From: a virus
DNA: 64,000 nucleotides
Direction: 5' to 3' (one strand)
IMG/VR virus record: IMGVR_UViG_3300034105_002260
Under the pieces are notes generated by a model. It did not search any database. It had not been told where the DNA came from and was given only the letters and a program-made list of their open reading frames with translations. Positions 1-9,005 of this stretch are shown one piece after another (within the stretch, counting starts at the first letter, position 1; every line of letters starts with the position of its first letter). The position numbers were made by a program, and so were the translations under genes.

Positions 1-519
1 TGATTGTTGTTCGTATACGATTTGTCCTGTTGAAGTTGTTGGATCAACAGTTAACATATGCATTAAATCTATTTCCTCTGGCTTAATTTTCACACTAATA
101 CCCGTTAATGTAAGGTTAGCACCACAAATACCCTCACCAGCGAAGAATGCCTTCTTAACGCTACTTGTAACAATTTCTTTACTAGCGTCTAACGTTTTTT
201 TAGCTGCGGTTAAACCGTGTTGTTTTAGTTTACCCTTCGATAACAACTTATCTGACGATTCTACCTTTTTACCTGAACTTAAAAATCCCTCAGCAATTTC
301 AATTAAATCACCAAAAATATCTTTTTTGTTTTCTTTCTTACGTTTAGCCTTATTTAAGAAATCGTCTAATTTTTTACCAAAAAGTTGGTCTGTGGATGGT
401 AAATCTTTAAGAAGTTTATCGGAAAGGCTATCCATTAAACTATTAGGGTCATCATTTATTTTTTTGATGACCTCTAGTTTTGATTGTAACCTAGCCTTAG
501 TATCTTTAAGTTTACTCAT
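1..519 (-). CDS. Hypothetical protein, 3' end outside window (MSKLKDTKARLQSKLEVIKK...)
   Basis: ATG at 519-517 overlaps the TAA of the upstream gene (TAATG); frame open to the window edge; not in ORF track. Confidence 0.8.
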   Translation of the reverse strand, partial: MSKLKDTKARLQSKLEVIKKINDDPNSLMDSLSDKLLKDLPSTDQLFGKKLDDFLNKAKRKKENKKDIFGDLIEIAEGFLSSGKKVESSDKLLSKGKLKQHGLTAAKKTLDASKEIVTSSVKKAFFAGEGICGANLTLTGISVKIKPEEIDLMHMLTVDPTTSTGQIVYEQQS

Positions 520-899
520 TATATTTTATAGTTATTGTTTTTAGATTCATTACCGTCGTTGACCAATTTATCTAAAAGTTCTCTATCTTCATCGGTTAAT
601 TCTAATTTACCCATAGGTCCACCACCTTTTTGTCCAGATCCTTGTGTTTGTTTTAACATAACACTTTGAAGTTTAACTAGTGATATTTTCTTTTCGGTAC
701 ACTCATTAAGGATTTTTTGTTGTTCCTTGATAACCGGACCAATTACACTCATATCTTCGGCGTCTTTCATAAAAGAAAGCATCTTTTTCATAATTAAAGA
801 CGCGGTGTTTCTGTTCTCAACAACATCATTGTATATTTCTTGCATTAAGGATAATGCCGAATCTACATCTAGCGTAATATTATTTTTTCTCTCTCTCAT
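519..899 (-). CDS. Hypothetical helical protein
   Basis: 126-aa ORF preceded by the TATTTATA motif at 903-910. Confidence 0.75.
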   Translation of the reverse strand: MRERKNNITLDVDSALSLMQEIYNDVVENRNTASLIMKKMLSFMKDAEDMSVIGPVIKEQQKILNECTEKKISLVKLQSVMLKQTQGSGQKGGGPMGKLELTDEDRELLDKLVNDGNESKNNNYKI

Positions 900-913
900 A
901 CCTATAAATAGAT

Positions 914-1612
914 TTATTCTAAAAACCCTATCATTATTCCACTATATAGTTTTTTAAACCTTTTAAGGGAAATACGGATTTCTTTGGTTGATAGTGAGGT
1001 CATCTCCCTCAATGAAAGTAGGATGAGGTTTTTGTTAAACTTATTACCATCACCAACCTGAAATATTTTATCAAAATTGCTGAAAATCTCAAGTAAGGCA
1101 TAACCTAATTTTCGTTCATTTTCGGTTAAATCCTCGTTTTCAACAAATTCCTCTAATTCGTTGGTTAACTTAATGATAACATCTCTATAATCTAATTGAA
1201 ACGCATCTATAGTGTAGGATAAATCTGGTCTATCTTCAATTGATGAGGATATGTCGTCATAAGAGACACTACGGTTTTGTTCCTTAGTGTCTTTTTGAAT
1301 GGCACCCATAAGGTAGTTTTTACAAATTGTACCAAAATACGAATATGCCTTATGGTTTTTAGTGTGGTCGAATTTACTAATTTTAGTAATAAGAAAAGAC
1401 AAAGTGTCATTGTGAATTTCTTCAAATTCCATATCTTTTCTGTAAAGTTTATAACGTCGAATAATTGATTCGACCATTATAATTAGGGGTTCACGTAAAT
1501 ATTCATTGAATATCTTATTTCTTTCTGTTTCATCAGTACTTTCTAAGTAATTGACTACCGCCTTCTCTTGATCCTCCCCAAAGTATATTTTTTGGGTTCT
1601 TGGTCTTGGCAT
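914..1612 (-). CDS. Phage RNA polymerase sigma factor, T4 gp55 (late sigma)-like
   Basis: Region-2-like segment KFDHTKNHKAYSYFGTICKNYL resembles gp55 FDPxKSxNxFAYFTQI; C-terminal helical HTH-like part. Confidence 0.75.
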   Translation of the reverse strand: MPRPRTQKIYFGEDQEKAVVNYLESTDETERNKIFNEYLREPLIIMVESIIRRYKLYRKDMEFEEIHNDTLSFLITKISKFDHTKNHKAYSYFGTICKNYLMGAIQKDTKEQNRSVSYDDISSSIEDRPDLSYTIDAFQLDYRDVIIKLTNELEEFVENEDLTENERKLGYALLEIFSNFDKIFQVGDGNKFNKNLILLSLREMTSLSTKEIRISLKRFKKLYSGIMIGFLE

Positions 1613-2397
1613 TAAGCTTCCGCATATTTAACATCTCGTTTATTTTTAAAGAAAAATTCCTTTTTAGCTGTTTCTAACCAAAATTTAACTTCGTTTTCTT
1701 CTAACTTTACAGATTCGTCATTTTTATAAGCCCAGAATAGTGAATCTTCTCTAAAATTAACGTGTTGGTACCCAATTCTTGGGATTGACATAACTTTAAC
1801 ACCATTATGTGTTAATCTTAATAATAATTCGTAGTTAAATGTCAATTTAATATTGTCTTTTAATCCTCCATTATCTTTAACGACTTGAGTTTTAAATAAA
1901 CCACCACTAGTTTGATAATTTTGATATTCCAATAGTGTTTCGTTGTCTAAAAATCCTTGTTTTTCAACAAAACCATATGCCCAAGTTGATTCATTGGTAA
2001 AACTTAAAAATTTACCGTCAACATTTATATCTTTTACTATTGGTAGGAATACATCAACGTCACTATATTCTTTAATGTATTCATTTACAGATTTTAACCA
2101 TATAGATTTAAATTCGTCATCTATTTCTAAAATTGTGAACCAAGTTGTCTCACATTTTTCTAAACCTAAGTTTATTTGTGAACAGAAATCTGTTTTACCT
2201 TTATTTTCAATTACGTTAACTTCGATTTTATCTGATAATTGACCTAAGTCTTTTTTTACTGACGATGGACATACAACGGAAACCACAACATCGTTATGGA
2301 ATGATTCCAAAGATGATAATGCGTTTATTAACATTTCTCTATAGTCTCCGTCAATTCTATGAACGGGAATTAATACTGTGATATCTTTTTTATACAT
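1612..2397 (-). CDS. Glycosyltransferase, GT-A fold (GT2-like)
   Basis: N-terminal ITVLIPVH, INLGL, DxD-like ILEIDD. Confidence 0.75.
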   Translation of the reverse strand: MYKKDITVLIPVHRIDGDYREMLINALSSLESFHNDVVVSVVCPSSVKKDLGQLSDKIEVNVIENKGKTDFCSQINLGLEKCETTWFTILEIDDEFKSIWLKSVNEYIKEYSDVDVFLPIVKDINVDGKFLSFTNESTWAYGFVEKQGFLDNETLLEYQNYQTSGGLFKTQVVKDNGGLKDNIKLTFNYELLLRLTHNGVKVMSIPRIGYQHVNFREDSLFWAYKNDESVKLEENEVKFWLETAKKEFFFKNKRDVKYAEA

Positions 2398-3460
2398 TTT
2401 CTTCTACTTTTAATTTATCTAACGCTTTTTGTATTGTTTCAACTCTTTTATTTCTAAATGAATTGAAGATTGACAAAATATTATTTTTAGTTATTGATTC
2501 TTCATATGGTAATAAAGTTTCGGCCATTTTTTGTTTAACCTCATCTTTTAATTCCACTCCCTCTAACCAGGCTAAAACATATGTTCCTAAAATTTCAACA
2601 ATTTTATTTGAATCATATGTCCACATACCATTTTCATCTAACCAATCTGGTTCAACATTAGGAATTTTTCCAATAACTGGTATTCCACATTTTATTGATT
2701 CTAATGGGAACGTACCAAATGTTGATTCATCATCAACCCAAACAGAAACCATACATTCGTTTATTGCTCCTGCAAATTCACTATATGATAATTGAACCAT
2801 ATCCTTAAATGTTATCCATCTAAGTTGTGGGAATTTTAAATAGAATTCGGAAATTATTCTTCTATGAATAACTCGATCTCTACAACTAATTGCAATAAAA
2901 GGTTTTAATGGTTTTTCAGAAGGTTTAAAGTGATCCCCAATAATTGGAGGTATAATGTGTACAATCGCCTCCGGAAAAAACTCTAAGATATATCTTTTAG
3001 ATGCTTCTGTTGTAGTTATAGCTTTATCAAAACCATAATCCGACCATCTACTACCAACTGGTAACGTATCAAATATGTAATCTTTCTGTTGCACTAACAT
3101 AATTTTAACACATTTAATACTCGATAATTGTTGAAGTACATTTGAATAATATTCAGGTACCACTAACACATCGTCGATTTTTATTTCAACCTTATCGTCT
3201 TTAATAGATACGACAGGTATATCGTTATACTCACCCTCTAACCAATGAGATACTCCACCATATGTGTTATCCTCAACTAAAATTTTAGAAGTATAACCAT
3301 TTTGGTTTAAGGTCAACGCCATATCGTAGATATGTTTTACCGCTGCCCTTGGATTATTTTTTGTATCGTATGTTAAAAAATATACGACGTTTTCATTTTT
3401 GTCTAACCTACCTAGGGCTGACTCTAGTTTTTCTATGTTTTCTTTATTCATCATCTTCAA
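2390..3460 (-). CDS. Glycosyltransferase, GT-B fold (GT4-like)
   Basis: C-terminal ESTFGTFPLESIKCGIPVIG resembles the EGFGLPxLEAMACG motif. Confidence 0.75.
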   Translation of the reverse strand: MKMMNKENIEKLESALGRLDKNENVVYFLTYDTKNNPRAAVKHIYDMALTLNQNGYTSKILVEDNTYGGVSHWLEGEYNDIPVVSIKDDKVEIKIDDVLVVPEYYSNVLQQLSSIKCVKIMLVQQKDYIFDTLPVGSRWSDYGFDKAITTTEASKRYILEFFPEAIVHIIPPIIGDHFKPSEKPLKPFIAISCRDRVIHRRIISEFYLKFPQLRWITFKDMVQLSYSEFAGAINECMVSVWVDDESTFGTFPLESIKCGIPVIGKIPNVEPDWLDENGMWTYDSNKIVEILGTYVLAWLEGVELKDEVKQKMAETLLPYEESITKNNILSIFNSFRNKRVETIQKALDKLKVEENV

Positions 3461-3722
3461 TTAATATTCCGTATTTTATTAGTGTGTTAAATGCAATCTT
3501 TAATGATACATTTACATTATTAGAGGCAAAGACCCCCATTTCTTCATCAACATCTTCATAATCATTTAAAACTCTATCTAAACACATTTTAATGATTTCA
3601 TATTTAAAGATGTTAATTTCTAAGGTTTCGCCTTCATCATCTTTTATTGTATTTCCGGTTCTACATTTTTCGGTGATTCCGTCAATGTCAATGTAGTAGG
3701 ATTTTCCAAAGAGTTCGACCAT
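3444..3722 (-). CDS. Hypothetical protein
   Basis: 92-aa ORF within the operon. Confidence 0.65.
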   Translation of the reverse strand: MVELFGKSYYIDIDGITEKCRTGNTIKDDEGETLEINIFKYEIIKMCLDRVLNDYEDVDEEMGVFASNNVNVSLKIAFNTLIKYGILIEDDE

Positions 3723-4294
3723 AATTCTTTTATTTCTGTTAATTTAGTTATTTCTTTTTCATTTGTAAAGTGTTCATTATAAGTGGTTTGAAATTTAATA
3801 ACACTCTTCCCTTCAGGTTTTAAATCGATAATTTTCTTATTATCTGTAACCCACATATCACATTTCTCCCATTCATTTTCAATATCATTAGATTTTATGA
3901 ATTTAATGTTATTACCTAAGAAACCATTTTTTGAAAGAAAGAATAATGTTGCAGGTTTTGATTTACCAACTTCATCAACACCAATCACTGTGATGTTATG
4001 TTGTGGATTATCAAAAATAATTTTATTTAAATCTGAGATTGAGGTTGGGTAACTGATGCCCGCGTGACCAAAAATTTCAATGGGATATTCTATGTAAGTG
4101 AAAAACTCAAACTCTTCCAATGATTGAAATTTGTATGAGTTAAGTAAGTTGTCGTTTTGGATTGGATATACGATATTGTATTCGAAATCATTTTCATTTT
4201 CGAATTCAGATTGTAAAAACGCATCTTTGTAGTGGTAGTTAAATTTTTGAATGAGGTTTCTTAAAACTCCATCTATGCTAATGTATATTTCCAT
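3644..4294 (-). CDS. HAD-superfamily 5'(3')-deoxyribonucleotidase-like protein with degenerate motif I
   Basis: Likely start MEIYISIDGVLRN at 4294 (DxDGV appears as SxDGV); DMWVTDN in the motif IV region. Confidence 0.6.
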   Translation of the reverse strand: MEIYISIDGVLRNLIQKFNYHYKDAFLQSEFENENDFEYNIVYPIQNDNLLNSYKFQSLEEFEFFTYIEYPIEIFGHAGISYPTSISDLNKIIFDNPQHNITVIGVDEVGKSKPATLFFLSKNGFLGNNIKFIKSNDIENEWEKCDMWVTDNKKIIDLKPEGKSVIKFQTTYNEHFTNEKEITKLTEIKELWSNSLENPTTLTLTESPKNVEPEIQ

Positions 4295-4299
4295 ATGGA

Positions 4300-4345
4300 A
4301 AAAGATAATGCGAATAAGGTTATAAGTAAACCCTATTCGCATTAT
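4300..4345 (-). promoter_or_regulatory. Inverted repeat ATAATGCGAATA-N17-TATTCGCATTAT: terminator after phoH and/or operator over a promoter
   Basis: Perfect 12-bp arms at 4305-4316 and 4334-4345, followed on the minus strand by CTTTTT. Confidence 0.6.
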
Positions 4346-4375
4346 TATATGGAGTCAAATTGTAATATTTTACAA

Positions 4376-5104
4376 TTAATCGTATCTATTTAAAATTTCT
4401 CCAATGATTGGATTTCTAACTATATCTTCCATACCAAATTCAAAAATTCCAATTCCTTTTAAATCTTGTAATCTTTTTTTAGCGTCATATAAACCTGACT
4501 TAGTTTTGTCTCTAAATTTATCTGATTGTTCAAGGTCACCAGATAAGAAAAATTTAGAACTAAATCCAATACGAGTAAGTAATAATTTAATCTGTGAGGG
4601 ACTTGCGTTTTGAGCTTCTTCAAAAACAAGTATGGTATTATCCACGTTCCAACCTCTCATATACGCTAAAGCGGCAACTTCAATATAACCCTCATCTTTT
4701 AAACGTTCTCTTGCTTCTTTACCTATAATTTTATTTAATAGATAATATGACGGGTAAATGTATGGGTCTAATTTTTCTTCTAATCCACCTGGTAATGAAC
4801 CCAATTTTTCTTCAGCTTCAACCGCTGGTCTAACTATGATGATTTTTTCATATTTGTTAGAATCGTCGTGTAATAAATCTATTGCCCTTTTCATTGCAAT
4901 ATATGACTTACCAACACCCGCAGGTCCAAAACATAATGTTATTTGGTTTTCACCAAGAATATTCCAATAAATTTCTTGGTTTTTGGTTAAAAATTTCTCC
5001 TTTGGCTTCTTTATTATCTGTCTGATTCTTTCCTTATGTGATGTTTTTCTTTCTTCCACTAATACAGGTGGTTGGGGTTTACTAGATCTAGGTTTTACTG
5101 CCAA
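4376..5104 (-). CDS. phoH: PhoH-family ATPase
   Basis: GPAGVGKS Walker A, RPAVEAEEKLGSLPG, AYMRG, EEAQN, GDLEQSD; TTG start. Confidence 0.95.
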   Translation of the reverse strand: MAVKPRSSKPQPPVLVEERKTSHKERIRQIIKKPKEKFLTKNQEIYWNILGENQITLCFGPAGVGKSYIAMKRAIDLLHDDSNKYEKIIIVRPAVEAEEKLGSLPGGLEEKLDPYIYPSYYLLNKIIGKEARERLKDEGYIEVAALAYMRGWNVDNTILVFEEAQNASPSQIKLLLTRIGFSSKFFLSGDLEQSDKFRDKTKSGLYDAKKRLQDLKGIGIFEFGMEDIVRNPIIGEILNRYD

Positions 5105-5148
5105 AATATTTTGTTTTTAAATTCTAATTTATTATTAATAAATATCAC

Positions 5149-5739
5149 CTATTTCCCCGTACTACCAAATCCACCCTCACCTCTATCGGTTTCGGAAAGA
5201 CTGTCAGAATTGACAAAATTAATCTTTGGGTAAGGTAAAATAATGATTTGAGCTCCTCTTTCACCTATTTCATAAATAACTGACGAATCTCCCTGTGTTT
5301 TTTTGAATGTTGCTTGAAGTTCACCTCTATAACCACTATCAATTACCCCCACTGAGTTTGTTAATAATAGGTCCGTTTTACGAACCGATGATCTTGGGAA
5401 AACTAACCCAACAAACCCAACAGGAATCTCTAATGCAATACCAAATCCATAAGAAATGTCTTCGGTTGTGTTTTTAATAACTTCGGTTATTGTTAAGTCC
5501 ATTCCCGCATCACCAGACTTAGAATATGTTGGAATGATTGCGTTCGGGTTTAATTTTTTAATTTTAACATCGGTGGTAAATCCTGCCGCGGCGTAATTGT
5601 CTTGTACGTCTGTTGTTAATTGTTTTAGTAGTGAATCTAATTCACCAATAAAAGATAGGTCTTCTCCATCCTCATCGGACATTTCTTTTTCTAAATCCTT
5701 TAATTTACTTATGTAATCTTCTAAATCTCCCTTTTCCAT
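5149..5739 (-). CDS. dut: Trimeric dUTPase with acidic N-terminal extension
   Basis: AGMDL, PRSS, GVIDSGYRGE, RGAQ, RGEGGFGSTG; start taken at 5739 (TAATG overlap). Confidence 0.95.
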   Translation of the reverse strand: MEKGDLEDYISKLKDLEKEMSDEDGEDLSFIGELDSLLKQLTTDVQDNYAAAGFTTDVKIKKLNPNAIIPTYSKSGDAGMDLTITEVIKNTTEDISYGFGIALEIPVGFVGLVFPRSSVRKTDLLLTNSVGVIDSGYRGELQATFKKTQGDSSVIYEIGERGAQIIILPYPKINFVNSDSLSETDRGEGGFGSTGK

Positions 5740-5957
5740 TATGAATTGGTTTTCTTTTCTATTATCCATTTATCTAATGCCTTAATTCTTTTTTTAAGGT
5801 CATCATCTTGAGGTCTTAAACAAATTTCTACAAATAAATCTGTTATTCTTGTTAACTCTTCAACAGTAACCAAAACACCTACTGATGTAATGTACTCTAG
5901 CGCCATTTTACTTTGTGATTGACGCATAATTTGTATTTCTCTACTATAGAATTCCAT
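5739..5957 (-). CDS. Hypothetical protein
   Basis: 72-aa ORF translationally coupled to dut. Confidence 0.7.
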   Translation of the reverse strand: MEFYSREIQIMRQSQSKMALEYITSVGVLVTVEELTRITDLFVEICLRPQDDDLKKRIKALDKWIIEKKTNS

Positions 5958-5983
5958 AATTCAGTTGGTGTTTTGGTTTAATA

Positions 5984-6214
5984 TTATTTGTAGTATTCTG
6001 GTGTGTTTTTATTATCGATTACACATTCGATTGCCATTTTGGCTACGGAAATACTTTCACTTGAGCGAGTATCACCTGATCTGTACTTAGATGCCACAAT
6101 TGTTGCTTCTTCTACTGATTCAGCTTCGATAATGTACTTGTACTTCTTAACACGAGCGTTTCCTTCTCTGTCCATTTGTTCGGTTTCATAACCGATAGTT
6201 ACTAGATAATGCAT
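5984..6214 (-). CDS. DUF4494-like small protein
   Basis: Pattern YxxxxxxEGxxRVKKYKYIIEAESVEEA resembles the Bacteroidota DUF4494 N-domain. Confidence 0.5.
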   Translation of the reverse strand: MHYLVTIGYETEQMDREGNARVKKYKYIIEAESVEEATIVASKYRSGDTRSSESISVAKMAIECVIDNKNTPEYYK

Positions 6215-6226
6215 AGTTGTTTTTAT

Positions 6227-7456
6227 TTACTTGTTTATAATTGATTTAAAAAATTGAACTCTATCTTTCGATACATTCTTTAATGAATATTTGTCTTTAA
6301 CTGTTTCATAAAGTTTATTACCTAAATCCTCAATCATATTTGGATTGTCAATAAGTTTCTTCATATATTTCGCCCATAATTTATGATTCTTAGATGGAGG
6401 TATTACTAACGCATTTCCTTTACTGTTGAATTCACTTGAGCCACTATCAATTGCCGATATTAAATCTAACGTGTAAGGTTTAACATCACTTGCAATTAAC
6501 GCTTTCTTATGGAATCCTGCTTCAATTACTTTTAACTGTGATTTATTTGAATTAAATTCAGTGTCAACTAACGGAGCTAAAGATACATCAAAAGAATTAT
6601 AGTTGTTAGCATATTTGTTAATTTCTTGTGTCCATTTTCTAATGTATGGTTTATTCGAATCATCATATGGAATATCGGAAAATTTTAATAAATAATTTCT
6701 ATATTCTTCATCAATAGCTTTATATTTTTCAGTAAAAATACTTTCATAACGGAACCATATTGTTTCGTAGGGTAATATGTTACGTTTTTTAGATTGACCA
6801 TCTGGAGTCATTTCTGTAACGGTACCTCTTAAATCAAAACCACATAATACGAATTGTGATTTGTCTTTAAATGAACTATGAATAGATGCGATGCCTGATG
6901 ACATTAATTCGATGTCGTGTAGATGAGATGACCCACCTAACCATCCAAAACGAACTTTATCTGATTTAGTTGGGTTGGATTGAAACTGAGGTTCATCTGG
7001 ATTTACTGCGTTAGGAAATATTTCAACATTCTTTACACCAAGTCTATTTTTAATAGTTTGTGCAAATATTGGAGTTGTTGTGGTTACGTAATCAGCTAAT
7101 TTTAAAAGTTCTACTTTTTTCTCAGCGATTTTTTGTCCTTTAATTTGATGATACATTGGATGTCTTTGATCTACAGCCCACAAGTCATCAATGTCAACAA
7201 CAACCTTAATCCCTTTTGATTTTAACCAGTTGATTCTCTTTACGTTATCTTCGTGAGGTAATTGATGGATGAAACTATGTAGAACAACTACATCATAATT
7301 TAGAAACGCTTCATCGTTATTTTCAACATTAAACGCGATATCCACGTGAAGATCATCAGAATGATTTTCCGCTAGATATTTGTATGGGTCTAATATTCTA
7401 AATTTCCCAACACCGTGTTGGTCAGATGGGATTGCTAAGATTCTTATTTTTGACAT
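6227..7456 (-). CDS. Glycosyltransferase, GT-B fold
   Basis: VVVDIDDLW, RFGWLGGSSH, SLAPLVDTEFNSNKSQLKVIEAG. Confidence 0.85.
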   Translation of the reverse strand: MSKIRILAIPSDQHGVGKFRILDPYKYLAENHSDDLHVDIAFNVENNDEAFLNYDVVVLHSFIHQLPHEDNVKRINWLKSKGIKVVVDIDDLWAVDQRHPMYHQIKGQKIAEKKVELLKLADYVTTTTPIFAQTIKNRLGVKNVEIFPNAVNPDEPQFQSNPTKSDKVRFGWLGGSSHLHDIELMSSGIASIHSSFKDKSQFVLCGFDLRGTVTEMTPDGQSKKRNILPYETIWFRYESIFTEKYKAIDEEYRNYLLKFSDIPYDDSNKPYIRKWTQEINKYANNYNSFDVSLAPLVDTEFNSNKSQLKVIEAGFHKKALIASDVKPYTLDLISAIDSGSSEFNSKGNALVIPPSKNHKLWAKYMKKLIDNPNMIEDLGNKLYETVKDKYSLKNVSKDRVQFFKSIINK

Positions 7457-7510
7457 TTACATTAAGTTATATGTCTAAATAATAAACAAAAAAATCGATA
7501 AAACAAAACG

Positions 7511-8077
7511 TTACTTCGCTTTATTTACTCCAGTAATTTTACCTTTGAAGATTGAATCACCTACTTTGAGTACTAGGTTTTCATTAATTGATGAGGTTGT
7601 AGAAGCGGTTAGGATTTGATTTAGTTTCTCATCCATAACCTTACGAACCGTGTTTTCGATAAGAACCGCAATCGCGTTCATATCTATATTGTTATTGACA
7701 ATAGTTTGTTTTGGTTGAGCAGACGGTCTAGTTGATACACCTTCTTGTTCCATTAATCTTTTAGCCCCTTTGATAAAATCCATATCTAAGGTATCATTTA
7801 AAGATATTTGAGATATTGGATTTTCAATCATTGCTCGTTTAATTGCATCAGGTAGTTTTGAGTTGTTAATTTTATCGATAGATGGAGAACCTTGAGCTTC
7901 TCTTTTTGCTGGAGAAATATTTTGATTTTTCATAAGCTCTTCTGGGTCAGATAATAACATAGCTTCATTTATGTGACCTCTTTCAAAATTTCCACCGTCC
8001 ACTTTATTCATCACTTTCTTAGCGTTTACTAATCTTGACATTAAATCGTTTTGTGATATTACTCCTTGACCTGACAT
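7511..8077 (-). CDS. Hypothetical protein, possibly head-associated
   Basis: 188-aa ORF at the end of a late operon. Confidence 0.7.
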   Translation of the reverse strand: MSGQGVISQNDLMSRLVNAKKVMNKVDGGNFERGHINEAMLLSDPEELMKNQNISPAKREAQGSPSIDKINNSKLPDAIKRAMIENPISQISLNDTLDMDFIKGAKRLMEQEGVSTRPSAQPKQTIVNNNIDMNAIAVLIENTVRKVMDEKLNQILTASTTSSINENLVLKVGDSIFKGKITGVNKAK

Positions 8078-8110
8078 AATAATAAGTATTTTATATAATG
8101 ATAATTAAAA

Positions 8111-9004
8111 TTACCCGAACATTAAAGTTTTAATTCTTTTTATTGATTCTTGTAAATCTGTTGTGTCTTCCACATCGTTGTTTACTTCATCTGAAACTTT
8201 AATATTGTTTTTAGATAATAAATTTGATAAATCTGATTTAGAAGACATTTCAAATCTTCTTCTTGTACCTTCACCAGCGTTAACGTTTTTACCAATTTGT
8301 TTTTGAGAATCAATCCACTCTTTCTCTTTCATTTTATATAACTCAGTGCTAGCATTTTCAAAATCTTGGGTGGTAACAACTTTCTCACCATTAACATCTT
8401 TAGCATTACCCTGTAGTTTATTGAAAACTTCACCTGAAAAATCTTTAGGTTGTTCTTGAGGTACTGCAGATGGTTTTTCATCTGTCTTAGGTTGTGGTAA
8501 TGGTTCCTTAGATGGTTTAACTGTTGGTTTGGGTTGTGGGGTTGCCGATGGAGGTGGAGTTTCTTGTTTTTTAACTTCAGGAGTTTCAGTCCAATTTGTT
8601 GTAACATAAGTTGTAATCATTGGACCTTTGTCCGATTCTGCACCTTGTTTGTAACCAGGTCTTGTAACGTCAAAAGTCTCGTCTTGTTGAATTTTTAAAT
8701 TACTCATTCTATCAACACGATACGTTCTCCAATTTGTTTTACTATAACCTTTTTTTGATACTGAAGGTGGTTGAACATAAGCTCTAATAATAACATTCCC
8801 ACCCTTACTTAATCCCATTGCAACCGCCTCAGCTCTTACCCTAACACCAGACTTAACACTATCCTTACCTGGTTCTTTTGGTCCCGTATAATAAAATGTA
8901 ATAGGATTCCTATTGGTAATAGCACTTACCAAGGTATTTGATTTTTTACCCTTTGGAACCTCTTGTTCTCCTATAATTTTAGAGAATATTTTATTTAACT
9001 CCAT
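8111..9004 (-). CDS. WYL-domain protein with Pro-rich linker and C-terminal LQESIKRIKTLM motif
   Basis: AITNRNPITFYY...VIIRAY...WRTYRVDRMSNLKI matches the WYL signature (R.FR.DRI). Confidence 0.75.
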   Translation of the reverse strand: MELNKIFSKIIGEQEVPKGKKSNTLVSAITNRNPITFYYTGPKEPGKDSVKSGVRVRAEAVAMGLSKGGNVIIRAYVQPPSVSKKGYSKTNWRTYRVDRMSNLKIQQDETFDVTRPGYKQGAESDKGPMITTYVTTNWTETPEVKKQETPPPSATPQPKPTVKPSKEPLPQPKTDEKPSAVPQEQPKDFSGEVFNKLQGNAKDVNGEKVVTTQDFENASTELYKMKEKEWIDSQKQIGKNVNAGEGTRRRFEMSSKSDLSNLLSKNNIKVSDEVNNDVEDTTDLQESIKRIKTLMFG

Positions 9005-9005
9005 A

